Assembly: GCF_009914755.1 (NCBI RefSeq)
Contig: NC_060939.1
Length of the DNA: 64,000 nucleotides
Strand: one strand, 5' to 3'
Origin: the human T2T-CHM13v2.0 reference genome, Homo sapiens
Shown one piece after another: positions 30,771-52,910 of this stretch. How positions within the stretch are numbered: the first letter of the stretch is position 1; every line of letters starts with the position of its first letter. The notes below the pieces were generated by a model, which saw nothing but the letters and a program-made list of their open reading frames with translations, had not been told where the DNA came from and did not search any database. A program made the position numbers and the translations under genes.

Positions 30771-32599
30771 CTAGAAATGATGAAATATGAGAACAACATT
30801 GGAAATATTTATCAAGGGAACCATATTAATGTAAGCGAATTTTAGAGAACAAAATACTTTTCCTAGGTCTGCAAGGACAAAACTGTCCAGAAGAACAGAA
30901 GAGGGACAGATGAGGTAGAAGCAGCATGGCCCATGAGAGGGGCTCTGCAGTGGATTGAGGGTGGGGAGGCTGGCAAAAAGGCTGGGCAGAATCAGGGCTC
31001 ACATCCTGACCTGAGAACAGAAGAGAGCACAAGAAACAGGTTCATCTTCAGGCACAAATCCTCTTCAGATTGAAAGAGAGATGGAGTGTCTAGGGAAGTA
31101 GGCAAGCATTTGGGGAAGGAGAGTCACTGATTCATTAGTGAAACACAACAAAAAAACAAAATCTTCTGTGTTGCTGTTTGTCCACTGCATGTGTGGGGCT
31201 CACAGGGGAACAACATAGACAAAGTTTCCAAATTCTCAGGTGTTTAAGACGAGTGAGGATTCAGAAAACTTAACAGAAACTAAACTGCAAGTGCAAGAGC
31301 TGCCCTTAGGAACTCAGGGGACAGGCATCAGGCCTGGGATGGGATGGACAAGGGGGGCCTTCAGGAGGAGGAGCATTGGAGGAGATGCTGAAGAGTGAGG
31401 GGCAGGGGATCCACCAGACAGGGGAGGTAAAGGGAAGAGGAAACAGTGTGTCTGGCACAGTTCAGGGCATGAGATAAGGGCAGTGGGTTGGAAGGATCGC
31501 TGGGATGAATAATATATGAGGAGGCAGGAGCAGGAAGGACAGACCATAAAGGGCCTGAGCAGGGGAGGGAGGACAGCTCTGGAAGTGATGCAGAGGCTGC
31601 TCCCTGCGGACTGCCTTCTGTGGGGAGGAGTTCGAATGCCTTTTCTTCTTTTAAGTGTTACTCACAATCCATGAGATCTACTGACAAGGAAGACAGTTGG
31701 AACAAGTAAGAATAGTCCTTGTTTGATGGGAAGGAGCAGTAGCATTACCAGGAGGGGTTGGTGTTGGGGAGGGGCAAGGGTGGGGAAGGGCAGAGAAGTT
31801 TCTGTCCCCTCAGCCATTTTGCAGATGTAGGTTGGATCACTGGATCACAAATTCACAGTGGCTGGCTCATGGCCACCTTGCATCACAGGGTGAGAGCAGC
31901 CTCACAGGAAACTGCAGATAAGGGGGGTTCCCAGCTGCACAGAAGAAGGACAGCAGGTAACTTTCAGTCAAGGTTGGCAGGGGGCTGCAGAGGTGGCAGC
32001 AATGATGGTGGTGGGCAGTGTGCAGCCTTGTAGGCCACTGTCTCCATGGACATACAGATTTGCACGCATCTGTGTCTGCGTGTCCTCTCGGTGTGCTGAC
32101 ATTCTTACAAAATCCTCATGAATTTCTCATTGTTCTGAGACCATAACATGTATTTTGACTTTTTTCTACCACATGTACCCTTTCATGTGTACCTAGCAAA
32201 ATTGACCAAAATTCCTTATTGGTGGATTATTCATAGCTACAGTATTTTCCAACTTAATAACTAAATGAATTGCCCTGCTTTGTATATGTTTGCCTAATCA
32301 TTCCTGAAGATTCATGTCTCCTCATTTCAGGGGGAGCCACCCCTGCATGTTCATAAGCAGGAGTTCAGTTTAGGGTGTTCTGTTTTCCTAGTTAACTGTG
32401 GACACATCTGCGTTCTGGAAACTATTAAACTCTCAATACTCATTTGAAAATTCCAGTTACTTTATCTTTTACTTAGCTTTCACTTTATTTACAGTACTCT
32501 CTCTTTTCTCCTGCTTACTTTGGATTTCGTTTGCTCTACTTTTAAGTTTCCTATGGAGGAAATTTAGATTATCGATTTTTAGATGTTTTTTCTTTTTTA

Positions 32600-33278
<679 letters not shown>

Positions 33279-33506
33279 TAATAGATACATTTCCCCCCTA
33301 TGCTCCCTCACTGCATTCTACAAATTTTGATAAGATGCATTTTAATTTAAACTTAGTTCAAAATGTTGTTTAATTTTCTCTTGAGATTTCTTGCATCATG
33401 TGTTATTTAAAAGTGTGTTAGTTAATCTCCATGTATTTTGAAGTTTACCAGTTATGTGCCTTTTATTGATTTCTATCTTAATTTTATTGGGGTTTTAGGG
33501 TATATA

Positions 33507-36650
<3,144 letters not shown>

Positions 36651-36694
36651 TGTAGCCATTTATTTGATGAGGTATTCTTATGTTTATAGTTTGA

Positions 36695-36762
36695 GTGTGT
36701 GTGCATGTATATGGGTGTGTGTGTGTATATATATATATATATACACACACACATATACATAT
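36695..36762. repeat. (TG)n(TA)n(CA)n compound microsatellite
   Basis: Direct reading. Confidence 0.9.
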
Positions 36763-36914
36763 GCATGAATGCTCATATATAAATGCAATGAATGACAGCA
36801 ATAGTACAAATTACCAAAGTACAAATGACTATTGTTTCCTTATTATAGGCAACTCACACTACTTGTGAACTGATAGAGTGTTATTTGAAAGGGAGTTTGA
36901 ATTAACTGTAAATT

Positions 36915-37237
36915 TAGGGACTGGCTATTGGATTAAGATCCTCCATTCCTTGGCTGGCTGTTGTCCAGAGGCTGCATTCAGCTCCTTCCCATGTTGGCTT
37001 CTCCCACATGGCAGAATGCTCCATCAAAGCTACAAGGGGAGAGTTTGCTAGCAAGACAGAAGTAATGATTTTACATAGCATAATTACCCATGTGATGTAC
37101 CTTCAGCTGTGCTCTATTCTCTTGTTTCAAAATAAGTCAAGGTTGCTGCCCACACTTACAGGGAGAGGATTAGAATGCAAGGTTGTGTTCACCAGCAGGT
37201 GGGAATCACTGGGTGCCAATCTAGGGTCTGCTTGCTG
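36915..37237 (-). mobile_element. MLT1-family MaLR fragment
   Basis: ttccttggctggctgttgtccagaggctgc..cacatggcag..gcccacacttacagggagagg. Confidence 0.6.
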
Positions 37238-37460
37238 TGTCAGATCTTCTCCAACCTGCAACAGTTTCTCAGTGTTCAATTATTTTGTATAACCTGAATT
37301 CTTTTGAAAAGTACCAGTCAGGTGTTTTGTGGAATTTCCTACAAAATGGATTAGTCTCATGGGTCTCATTATTACAATAGAGATATGCATTAATTTAGAC
37401 ACATGTATGTGGGTGTTAAGAAAAACTGAACAATGTATTACTTAGAAATACAAAAGGAGA

Positions 37461-37758
37461 GACCAGGTGCAATAGCTCACACCGGTAATCCCAGCACTTT
37501 GGGAGGACGAGGTGGGAGGATCACTTGAGGCCAGGAGTTCCAGACTAGCCTAGGCAACATAGCCAGACCCTATCTCTAACCACAACAACAAAAATTTAAA
37601 ATTAGCCAGGCATGGTGGTGCACACCTGTGGTCCAAGCTACTAGGGAGGCTGAGGCAGCAGGATGTCTTGAGCCCGGGAGGTCGAGGCTAAAGTGAGCCA
37701 TGATCACACCACAGCGCTCCAGCCTGAGCTACAGAGTGATACCGTGTCTCAAAAAAAA
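37461..37758 (+). mobile_element. AluJ
   Basis: J diagnostics (gagcccgggaggtcgaggct). Confidence 0.9.
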
Positions 37759-39370
37759 TGGGGATATGCACTCAGGGGTTTTCAACAATATTGACAAGGT
37801 TTGGCTTATTATACTGGGAAGGGAATTTATAAAAAAGAAACTTGTTAAATTTTAGAATAGTTTAGATATACACAGCAGTTGCCAAGATAATACAGATCAT
37901 TTCCTTATGCTTAGCATATAGTTTCCCTTATTATTAATCCCTTACATTAGTGGGTGATATTTGTCACAATTCATAATTCAGTAGTATACATTATCCTTCT
38001 CTATGATTCACATTTTATTTAGAATTTTTCTTCTACCGAATGAACACTTTGTGTTCCAGGATTCCCTCCAGGAGACCACATCACATTTAGAAATCCCATC
38101 TCATTAGGTTCCTTCTGCCTGTGACAGTTTCTCAGACTTTCCTTGTTATTGATGACATTAACATCCCCAATTTGGGATTTCTCTGACATTTTTCTCATGA
38201 TTATACTGGAGTTGGGTTTGGGGAAGGAAGATCACTGAGAGAAAATGTCATTGTAACCACATCATATCACGGGTGTCTACTATCAACATGATTCATGCCT
38301 GTTGATAGCAATTTGATTACCTGGACAAGTTAGCCTTTGTCAAATTTCTTTACTGTAAAATTATTTCTTTCTCCACTTTCCCTGTTTCACTTTTTGAAAA
38401 TAAGTCAGCATACATAGCACATACTTAAGAACAAGAAAGTTATGCTCTACCTCCTTATGAACTGAGGACCTAAAACAAGAGTTGAGAACTCTTTACTGTA
38501 TACAGTTGGCCTGTTCTCCACCATGATTTCATACCATTTATTTATACTGTATTGAATATGATATGAAATTAGATATATTCAGTTCACATCTCCCTTATAC
38601 TCCTTTATTTCATAGCTCGAATTGTTCCATTGTTGGCCATTGGAAGGTCTCTCAGTTGGCTCCCATATCATTTTGAAATAGCCACATTATTTTGGTTAGA
38701 TTTTGCTTGTTTGGTGGTTCAATTGTAATGTTTCATAGTTTCTTACTTTCAGGCACTACAGGGTCCTCCAGGCCAATTGTGTTTATTTCGTGCCCAAGCC
38801 TGGTACCCATCATTTCTTCAAGGGTCCTAGTTTCTTTTATTGGAAAATGGCTTTTAAAACAAAGATACAGACCCAGGTATATTCACTGATACTGGGTCAT
38901 CTGTCGATTTGAGGAGTAGTCAGCTGACAAAACAATGAAACGTACCTGTGTATACTAACCCACACATATACACATATGTGTAAATATTTCCTCATATGTT
39001 CATATATAACCTGATTAACTTAAACATAAATTCCTACTAATGTCTCCAGCACTACATGAATATAATATAACTTGAATCAATCTCCCCATTCCCACTACTT
39101 GGTTGTAACCCCCACTCTAACAGTGAGTGAGTTGGCCTTGTTAACTTAATCACCAAGTTAGAGGCTACATGCATAGTGGCTTCAGAATTGTTCATCCACA
39201 CTCTCATGAAGAACAACATTACCAACTAAAGTACAGTGCTCATAGACAACTTCTTGGACCTTTAGATGCAGAATCTTCACTTTGTACCCAAGTTACTTAG
39301 GTCAGTTCTTTCCCCCGCCTCCCAGCTTCCTTTAGTGAGGTTATATCATACATTTCTTATTCATTTTTCT

Positions 39371-39462
39371 TATTTTCTCTGTATTCCTCTATGGGATCCC
39401 TCAACCTACAAATAATTATTTTCTCTGTATTCCTCTATGGGATCCCTCAACCTACAAATAAT
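39371..39462 (+). repeat. Perfect 46-bp tandem duplication
   Basis: tattttctctgtattcctctatgggatccctcaacctacaaataat x2. Confidence 0.95.
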
Positions 39463-39796
39463 TTTTTTTTTTTGGTTTTTTGTTTGTTTGTTTCTTTGTT
39501 TTTTGAGATAGAGTCTCACTCTGTCACCCAGCCTGGAGTGCAATGGTGTGTTCTTGGCTCACTGCAGCCTCCGCCTCCCAGGTTCCAGCAATTATCTTGC
39601 TTCAGCTTCCCAGGTAGCTGAGATTACAGGCACGCACCACCACGCCCGGCTAATTATTTGGTATTTTTAGCAGAGATGGGGTTTCACTATGTTGGCCAAG
39701 CTGGTCTCAAATACCTGACCTCAGGTAATCCACCCACCTCGGTCTCCCAAGTCTCCCAAGTGCTAGGATTACAGGCGTGAGCCACCATGCCTGGCT
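39463..39796 (-). mobile_element. AluS
   Basis: Antisense Alu; TSD tacaaataat. Confidence 0.95.
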
Positions 39797-40299
39797 TACA
39801 AATAATATTTTTAATTTCCGTACATTTAGGTTCACTGTTTGTATTATAAAGTTATGCAGGGTTTCAAAAACAATATGATGTAGCGACCATGCAGGAAGTT
39901 TTTATTACCCTAAAGAAATTCCATCTACTTCACCTATTTCACTGTCCTCCTTGGAGAGTCCCTAGTTAGCATTAATCTGTTTACTATCTCTATTATTTTA
40001 CCTTTCCCAGGGTGTCATATACATGGAATTGCACAGTCTGTCATCTTTTCAAACTGGCTTCCTTAACTTAAAAATATGCCTTTAATTTTATGAAGTATAT
40101 CTTACGGTGATTTAGATTTGCATTGCTGAAGGACTAATGATGTCAATCATCTTTTTATGTGCCCTTTGGGGATACATATTCTTTGAAGAAATGTCTATTT
40201 ATACAATTTACCCATTTTTAGTTGGTATTTGTCTTTTATTTTTTGAGATGTGACAATCTTTTATATATTCTGAACAGTAGACCCTCATTACCTATATGA

Positions 40300-40610
<311 letters not shown>

Positions 40611-40760
40611 TTTTGTCCTCTTTTTAGGGTTGTTTTATACTTCTTGATAGTATATGTTGAATGACAAACATTTTAAAAAATAGATGAATTTATCTATTTT
40701 TGCTTCTGTTACTTGTGTTTTTTGTGTTATATCTTAGAAACCATTAATTTCAGACCATGA

Positions 40761-41500
<740 letters not shown>

Positions 41501-41919
41501 TAGTTTTCCTCATTGAATTGCCTTGGCAACTTTTGCAATCCATAGACCATAAATGTCAGGGTTAATCTTTGGACAGTCACTTATATTCCATTGACCTATA
41601 TCACTGTCCTTATGCCAGTACCACAATGTCCTCATTACTATCACTTTATATTGTTTTGAAATCCCATAATCCAACTTTGTTCTGCTTCTCATTACCAGTG
41701 TGGTTCTTTTAGATCTCATGAATTTCCATATGAATTTTAGAATCAGCTTACCAATTACTCCCGCCTTGCCCGCAAAAAAAAAGCAACAGGGATTCCCATA
41801 GCACAACGACATCACTCTGCTGGACAGCAAGAGGGTGTGTTCAGGAACCATACCTAGTCTACAAAGCCATGGGACTACATACCACAGTCCCAGGGACAAC
41901 CACAAAATCAAGACTCTTC

Positions 41920-42350
<431 letters not shown>

Positions 42351-42633
42351 AACTCTTCTTTTTATGGTCTGAAATCACGGAGTATATTCTCTACATCTCA
42401 TTCCTACCTTCAATGAGGAAATTAGTTCCTGGGATCTGATGACCTGGAGTGAGAGATGCAGCTGATCTAGACCACATTTCTCACTTCTGAGATCAGAATA
42501 GCAAATATGTATGTACTAGTAATTTGGACATTTGCAATTCAAGAAACCTCGCACCTCCCACAGCATACTTCATTCACTCCATGAGAAAAAAACAAACTCA
42601 CTTAAATATTCATCTTCAGAAAAAAAAAAAAAA

Positions 42634-43126
<493 letters not shown>

Positions 43127-43149
43127 TCAGCTGATGTTAGAGTGCACCT

Positions 43150-43700
43150 TTTAACAACGTTCAAGTACAGATGCATCTTAAAATTGACATTGTAAAAACA
43201 AAGTTTGCCAGAATCTAGTCATAATATGGCTGTCCTTGTCTGCACATGCATGAACTTGATCTGAAAACCTTTGATTGACGTCTTCTGGTGATATGATCAC
43301 CATCAAAACTTACAGAGATGCTGTCAGTAGGTTGAATAGATAATCTCATAAATAGGAGAGTAGGACTCTGTCAAGAAATGTGATGTCACCAAAGTTCCTG
43401 ATTAGCAAAGATGATGACAATGTGGGGTAAATCATGGACAGGGTGTGTTGAAGGTGATTCAGAAGAGTTTGATCTGAGTGACAGGAATTTTAGGAATGCT
43501 GTTGTTAGTGTATTCTGCTTATATTTTCCATCTTTGTCATCATAGAAGTGATATAAGACTAATACCTGCATTTATAGTAGTTGAAAGTTTTTTTCAGTAA
43601 TAATATAAAATTGTAAGTGATAAGATGTATTTGTCCTATAGTCTACGAATTTATTCCTATATTGTGACATAAAATAATGATGCATTTTACAATTGACTCA
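43150..43700 (+). mobile_element. Kanga/Tc2 (MER104-like) DNA transposon remnant
   Basis: tctgtcaagaaatgtgatgtcacc.. reads SVKKCDVT..DDDNV (cf. SFKKCCITNALDGTEDD); terminal acataaaataatgatgcattttacaattga. Confidence 0.6.
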
Positions 43701-44246
43701 AATAATAACTATTTCAATTCCTTAGAAAACACTGTATGAGAAAATGCTGACTTCATGTTTAGTATAGATGTGCTATTAGTCTACAGGTTTTAAGTATTAT
43801 TAGTTCATTCAATTCTCACAACATTTCAAGAGGTAGGCAATATTACCACTCCCAAGTTCCAGTTGTGAATCTGAGCTAAAGCCTTACAGGAAAAGAGTAG
43901 AAAAACCTGAGCTTGACTTTGTCTGTCTCCAGAATCTTTGTTTACATCAACTATGTTAGAATATCTTTTCTATGATAAATACATCCTAAGTCTAGTTTCA
44001 GAAATTGTGCTTTACACAATACTCATGAAATTATTTTTCTCAATTTCAATCTAAATGCTACATTAAATCGTTTTTAAGTTCAGGTCAATGAACCATCTGG
44101 TGATCATTTTGTATGTAATGTGAGGTCAAAGGTGAGATTTTTATTCCCTCCCCCACCGCAACAGAAGGATATTCAATTTCCTAGAACATTGATAGAAAAA
44201 TCAATTTTCCCCCCATTGAACTTTAATATGTATGTATAAGAGTTTT

Positions 44247-44717
<471 letters not shown>

Positions 44718-44945
44718 TCAACACTCTTTCTACTTGCTAACACTTATGCAGGTTCAAATCTTGCCTTTTAATATTTGTTTTTAATTTGTCTTGCAGACTA
44801 ATGTCTTTATCACTTGTGTACATTTTTTTTCCTTTGGCCACATAAGTATCATCTACAACCCAAAATACATTTCTCCTTTATTTAAAGCACAAGTCAAGCA
44901 GACGTTCAACAAATAGGCAATAAAAATCAGATTAAAGATACTGTA

Positions 44946-45494
<549 letters not shown>

Positions 45495-45980
45495 TCAGTA
45501 CACTTGAAGGAAGCTAGAAATATATACCAGGGCTAGATTTTTAAGATATTTAATGCCGTGTCAATGTGTTGGTATTTTATAATTTTCTGTAGTTCCAGAC
45601 ATTAGCTAGGGTGTGCTCACTTAGGAACACAGCTGTTGAAATTGTAAAATGAGAATTTGGGTCTCATACATTTGAAGAAAAAAATATATGGGGTTTAGGT
45701 TCAGATTCTGTACAGACAAAGGAAAAGTATGGGTGGGGAAAATGTGAGACAGCCTGAGGTCCAGGAAAAATGGCCACAGAAAATTTTCGTATTTTCAGAT
45801 AAAATCTACTCTTCAAGTTAGACCTCCCTACGAAAGATGCTAGTTCAATAATGAATTCTCCACCTGGAAAAGGACATTTCAGCTCCAAGTCCAGGTTGCT
45901 TTCATGCCTTAAAGTCACCTTATTTGTATTTCAGAAGCACGTGCTACACTAGCTTTAGGGAATGAAGAACCATGTGCTGA

Positions 45981-45996
45981 CAGTGCCATCTAGCAT
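45981..45996 (-). promoter_or_regulatory. CTCF-like motif (CAGTGCCATCTAGCAT on +)
   Basis: Reverse reads AGATGGCACTG; paralog of 15760-15775. Confidence 0.45.
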
Positions 45997-46104
45997 CAAC
46001 AGAAACAGGAACCAATGGCAACCTAAATAAGTACAGAAAAAAAGGTGGGGTCCAGGAACCAAGAATGACTGCTGATTTGAGCAGGATTTTTACAATTTGT
46101 TTTA

Positions 46105-46467
<363 letters not shown>

Positions 46468-46809
46468 CTAATAATGTCCAGCAACGATACAGGGAAGCCT
46501 GGCCCATGCTCACTTTTCCAGTCACCTGCTCTTAAGTAGTGCACGGGTTAAAGAACGATGTGAGTGCTAGTGGCTGATTCTTTCACTTACAAACATGCAC
46601 GTACACGATTGTGTTACCATGGACAAACACATAAAATTTGATTGTAAAACTAGTTGACTCTTAACTGTGACACATTAAATCCTTGAGTAAATGAGTGTGT
46701 GTTTCCATACATATATTCAGTACCACTACAGTTCACAAAATGAACGGGACTTCTTAGGTTAAAGCCTTGTTAAGTTATTCTTTAAAACGCTTTCCAATCT
46801 GATAGAGAG

Positions 46810-47215
46810 CTCTGGCGTATTCGCTCAAGTTTCCGTGGCGGGTCTAGGGCTCCTGAAGCCCCACGGGTCTCACTGCTACCCACATGGCTATTACCGCAAC
46901 CACCGCTGCCACGCAGCCCACAAGAAATGTGCCACCGTTCTGAGCGGCCGACAAACCCGCAGTGCGCTACGGGAAGGTCACCTGACAGTTGGGGAGAACG
47001 GCAGCCCGCAGGGGCCGATCTTCGGCGCGCCTGCACAGCGCAGGCGGAATTGGGGCGCCTTTTCTCCTTCCGGTTTCCGTTTCCGTGCGCCCCGAGGGTC
47101 TGTTCCGCTTATGGCGCCCGCCGGGAGTCTCCCTTTCTTCGCAAGCGTTAACCTGCGTTTTACTCGTAAAAATTTGCTTTCTAGGCTTCGTATAATTGTT
47201 CTGGTCTTGCACTTT
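46810..47215. promoter_or_regulatory. CpG-island promoter-like element P3, paralog of P1
   Basis: CpG-dense; NRF1-like GCGCCTGCAC/GCGCAGGCG; triple ETS CTTCCGGTTTCCGTTTCCG (~47067-47085); ATGGCG at 47111; degenerate ZNF143-like ACTACAGTTCACAAAATG at 46725. Confidence 0.75.
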
Positions 47216-47757
47216 ATGTGTGCATTAGCCTTGAGTTTGCTTGTTGTTTTCCCATGAAAAATTGTATTGTATTTCTGTAACAGCCCCTCCTCTTGTTACA
47301 TAAACATTGACCAGTAATTGTATATCCTTCCCTCTCAATATTAACAATTTTATCTTTTTTGCGTTCTTTGAAAAAAACGAAATCCTTTTCAAAAATACTG
47401 AACTTGTCATTTTTAAGAAATGAGATACTACTTTAATCATTTCTGTATTGTCCTTAAGATTCTTTATATATTCTTTATTGTTTATCTTTTCCAGTAATAT
47501 ACCTTTAATATGAGAGGACTTGTAGAGGCTTCAGGGTCACACTTTCGAAACCCAGAGTTTTAGTATCTCCTTATAGAATATTTGTAATTTAAGAAAAATT
47601 ATACAAGGTTGAATTTTCAAAAATATATTTTTAAAATATATTTAAAAAAATATTTTTAAATATAGTCCTCCGGAATGCAAAAGGACAATACTACTTTCAG
47701 CTAGTACTTTTTAAGTGATTATTTTCTGCCACGTATTCTTTTGAAATTATGCATTTA

Positions 47758-48067
<310 letters not shown>

Positions 48068-48274
48068 TTATACATTTAATTGAAGCTCAGAAAATATATA
48101 TGTAATGTTTTCTATGAAATGAAACATTGTTTAGATGAGAAAATAAATGTAAAATGCATTTGCATTTTCAAAGCAGCAATTAGTGGCGAAGTGTGAATAC
48201 AAAACCAGTCTTCTTTCTGCAGAGACCATGTCTGTCACCCTTGTGCTGGAATGAACAACATCACATATTTTTTT

Positions 48275-48472
48275 GTTTGCATATGGCCTGAGGGTCAAAT
48301 CCTGCCCAGCATGTTTGCTTTCTTTTTTAAATAAATATTTATTGGAACACAGCTATGCTGTTCATTTTTGTATTGCCGATAGCTGCCTTAATGCTACAAT
48401 GGCAGTAGTTGCAAGAGACAGAATGACCCATAAAACCAAAATTATATACTCTCTAGCCTTCCTATCACCCAC
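48275..48472. mobile_element. MER58A (hAT-Charlie) MITE
   Basis: aaataaa..tttattggaacacagc..atgctacaatggcag..gttgcaagagacaga. Confidence 0.75.
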
Positions 48473-49358
48473 TGTTCTGTCTGGTGTTGGGGCAATTCAG
48501 TCTTTGGTATGCTAATTTGGATGAGATTCACACTTGGGCTGTTGGAGAGGAGTGGGTGAACCTGTTGAGTTAATCAGCAACTCCAAGAGGTCCATTTCCC
48601 AAGCATCTTTCCTTCCATAACTTCACAGTAATTTTCGTTTCCTTATGTCTCCTCTGGCCAATATTTTTCTACTTCTGGGGTAGGCGGTCAGAGGAAAGAG
48701 AAAAAAAGGAAAATGGTGAAGTTGGACCCACTGTCTTGGACCTATGACGACTCCTGGCAGAGAAAGGTTTTCCCACTTTCCGTTTTTGTTCTTGTGAACT
48801 CCCTGAGCAGCCACTGTCATGACAACATGATGGTCTGAGAGGTGGAGTAGAAGAGATTGGAGAAAAGGGCGACAGAGTGAGACCTTGCCTCTAAAAGAGG
48901 GGGATGGTGGTGGAGGGATGGGAGGAAAGGGGGATTCTTCACTCTTGAGTTCCGTTTTCAATCCTCGAACTTTTCCTGGAGCCCGCAGTCTGCACCACAG
49001 CCTCACTTCTGGGTTTCTGCCTGTCTTAAATTCAGGCCTGGGGATAAGTGAGTGGTAAAAATTAAAATTCATCACCAATTTAGTAGTACTTCACAGTCCA
49101 GTGTTATTCCTTCATTTCTGTTACTACTTAGTCCTCAAACAGCTGTTCCATACATTTTATCCAAGTTTTATAGCTATATTCAGTAGGAGAGACAGGGCAG
49201 AAAATACTTTTTCTTTCCTGAAAATGGAACCCTAATGGGAGCCTGATGAATTTTTTAATTGAAGCCAAAATAAAAAAATTAATATGTGCTCATAAATTCA
49301 TATTTATACTCATAAAATATGACATTCAACCCAAGTTCTTCATTTTAACACTTACGCC

Positions 49359-49566
49359 TTTTTTTTTGAGACAGAGTCTTGCTCTGTTGTCCAGGCTGGA
49401 GTGGAATGGCATGATCTTGGCTCACTGCAACCTCTGTCATCAGCGTTCAAGCAATTCTTGTGCCTCACTACCGGGTCTTACTACATTGCCCAGGCTGGTC
49501 TCGAACTTCTGGGCTCAAGTGATCCTCCCGCCTTGGCCTCCCGCAGTGCTGTGATTACAGGCATAA
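49359..49566 (-). mobile_element. Internally deleted Alu
   Basis: Antisense Alu pieces. Confidence 0.8.
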
Positions 49567-49839
49567 ACCTCTACAAATTTTAATCTACAAAAAACAAAAT
49601 TATATTCGCTTTACCTGTGTGACATTTGAATAATGACGGTCCATGCAGGCTTTACATTTCACTTTTATGAACTAAAAAAAAATTGAGCCTCCACAGGGCA
49701 AGTCCTCTGCTGTGCATGGAAGATAGGCAGGTGTTCAAAGCATAGAAAGGTACTGCTGCCCCAGGTAATGCAGTCAAGAGGGAATTCAAGCATATGGAGG
49801 TGATTTTCATTGCTATCAAGAGTGTGGTTTAAAAAGTCA

Positions 49840-50322
<483 letters not shown>

Positions 50323-51039
50323 TCATTTCATGCAATATTCATGAGTTCTGGGTTTATCAGTTATTCCTCAGCTTTATTTGGTGTATCAGTTTTAGGAATG
50401 TGTATGTATAATCGTCAAGTCTTCTATCTGAAAGGTACCAGAACAAAGCCTGGCTTTAGGATCAGATCCTGGGCAGGCAAAAGAGCGCTAGAGGCGGAAC
50501 AAGATATCCTTCCTATCTGAAGTGGCCATGGGTTTTCAACTGACAGCCTTCTCCTCATCCACTTCCACCTTCCCCGATGCTCTCAGAGGTAGACTATGAA
50601 GGCCTCTCCCTAACCACTTTCTAGCTGCCTCTTCATATCCTTAGTGTATCATTTCTCCAAGCTGTAGGTGTCCTGCTAATTGATTTTGAATTTTTATGTT
50701 CTTCTGTGTGCGAATGATTAAATATTAAATACAAAAGTCGGTTCATTTGTTTGTTTTTTCCAGGCTTGTAATCTCTAACTTTCATTTTTGCTACAAAGCC
50801 TTTAAAAAAAAAATTCAGTTACTCTAGATTCAGATTTTAATTAAAATTTATTTTTGAAGGTAAACATCTTACATAAAATTTGGCTAAAAGGGAAGAAAAA
50901 AAACTACCTAAAGTTTATGTGGTCATCCTACTTGCAATATTTTAGCAAGCATGATTTTTATTTAATGAGTTTCAAAAATTTTGACAATGAATACTATCAC
51001 AGAGACTAAGAGTGTGTGATTTCTTCCACTTTCATAGCA

Positions 51040-51712
51040 CAGATGCTCCTTGACTTACAATGGGGTTATGTCCCCAATAAACCCATCATAAATTGAAAGT
51101 ATCTTAAGTTGGCCAGGCACGGTGGCTTACGCCTGTAATTCCAGCACTTTGGGAGGCTGAGGCAGGTGGATCATGAGGTCAGGAGTTCGAAACCAGCCTG
51201 ACCAACATGGTTAAATCCTGTCTCTACTAAAAATACAAAAATTAGCTGGGCGTGGTGGTGCACATCTGTAATCCCAGCTACTCAGGAGGCTGAGGAGAAG
51301 AATCGCTTGAACCCAGGAGGCAGATGTTGCAGTGAGCCGAGATCATACCACTGCACTCCAGCTTGGGCGACAGAGCGAGACTCCATCTCAAAAAAAATAT
51401 ATATATATATATAGTGAGTTGAAATGCATTTAATATATCTAATCTATTGAATATCATTGATTGGCCCAGCCTTGAGCACTTAAATTTGCTCAAAACACTT
51501 ACATTAGCCTACATTTGGGCAAAATCATCAAACACAAAGTCTATTTTATAATAAAGTGTTGAATATCTCATGTAATTCATAAAATACTGGAAGTGAAAAA
51601 CAATGGTTGTGTGAATTCTCAAAGTTCAGTTTCTACTGAATGCTTATCACTGTCACACCATCATAAAGTTGAAAAATTGTAAGTTGAACCATCTTAAGTT
51701 GGGGACTATCTG
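51040..51712. mobile_element. Tigger4/MER46 with an internal AluS (51111-51412)
   Basis: TIRs cagatgctccttgacttac / cttaagttggggactatctg. Confidence 0.85.
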
Positions 51713-52261
51713 TACTGTGAAATTCCAACTTCTGGACAGTCAAGAAGGAAGCCAGGAAAATCAGAAACCAGCGGCTTTGCAGCCAAGTAAGCAGGGAGGC
51801 CAAGCGTATTCCTTGGATGGTCTGCGGTGGGCAGTCTCTGCCAGGATGTGCCCACTTAGCACACACAGCCCTGTACATCAGCCTGCAGGAAATGCACCTT
51901 GGCCAGAGCCTCGGGCTCACCCTAGAGCACTATAGAAAGGCTGTCTGGGAGGACAGTAGCCCACAGGGGCTGAAGCTGGGCACACCCACTGGGTGGCTCA
52001 GGGCCAGTTTTATAATCCCTACCCCCTCAACAAACACACTCCACTCTTGACCACTGCACTCCAACCTCTGTCCCTGCATCCTCCACCAGGCTTTACACCT
52101 GCAATTGCACTTTGGATAATAACAGGCATCATTGGCAATATCTTACACTCTATCATTTCAGATAAAGCCTTGAAAAATATGTGCAATTATATCTGTGCTT
52201 CTTTGTGGATATATGTTTTATTATATTCACTATATGATTATAATAATATTAGTTACTACTA

Positions 52262-52910
<649 letters not shown>

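Noticed and set aside
47615-47665. Quasi-palindromic AT tract (also 3606-3700)
   Set aside because: Low-complexity AT sequence is self-complementary by chance; no further evidence
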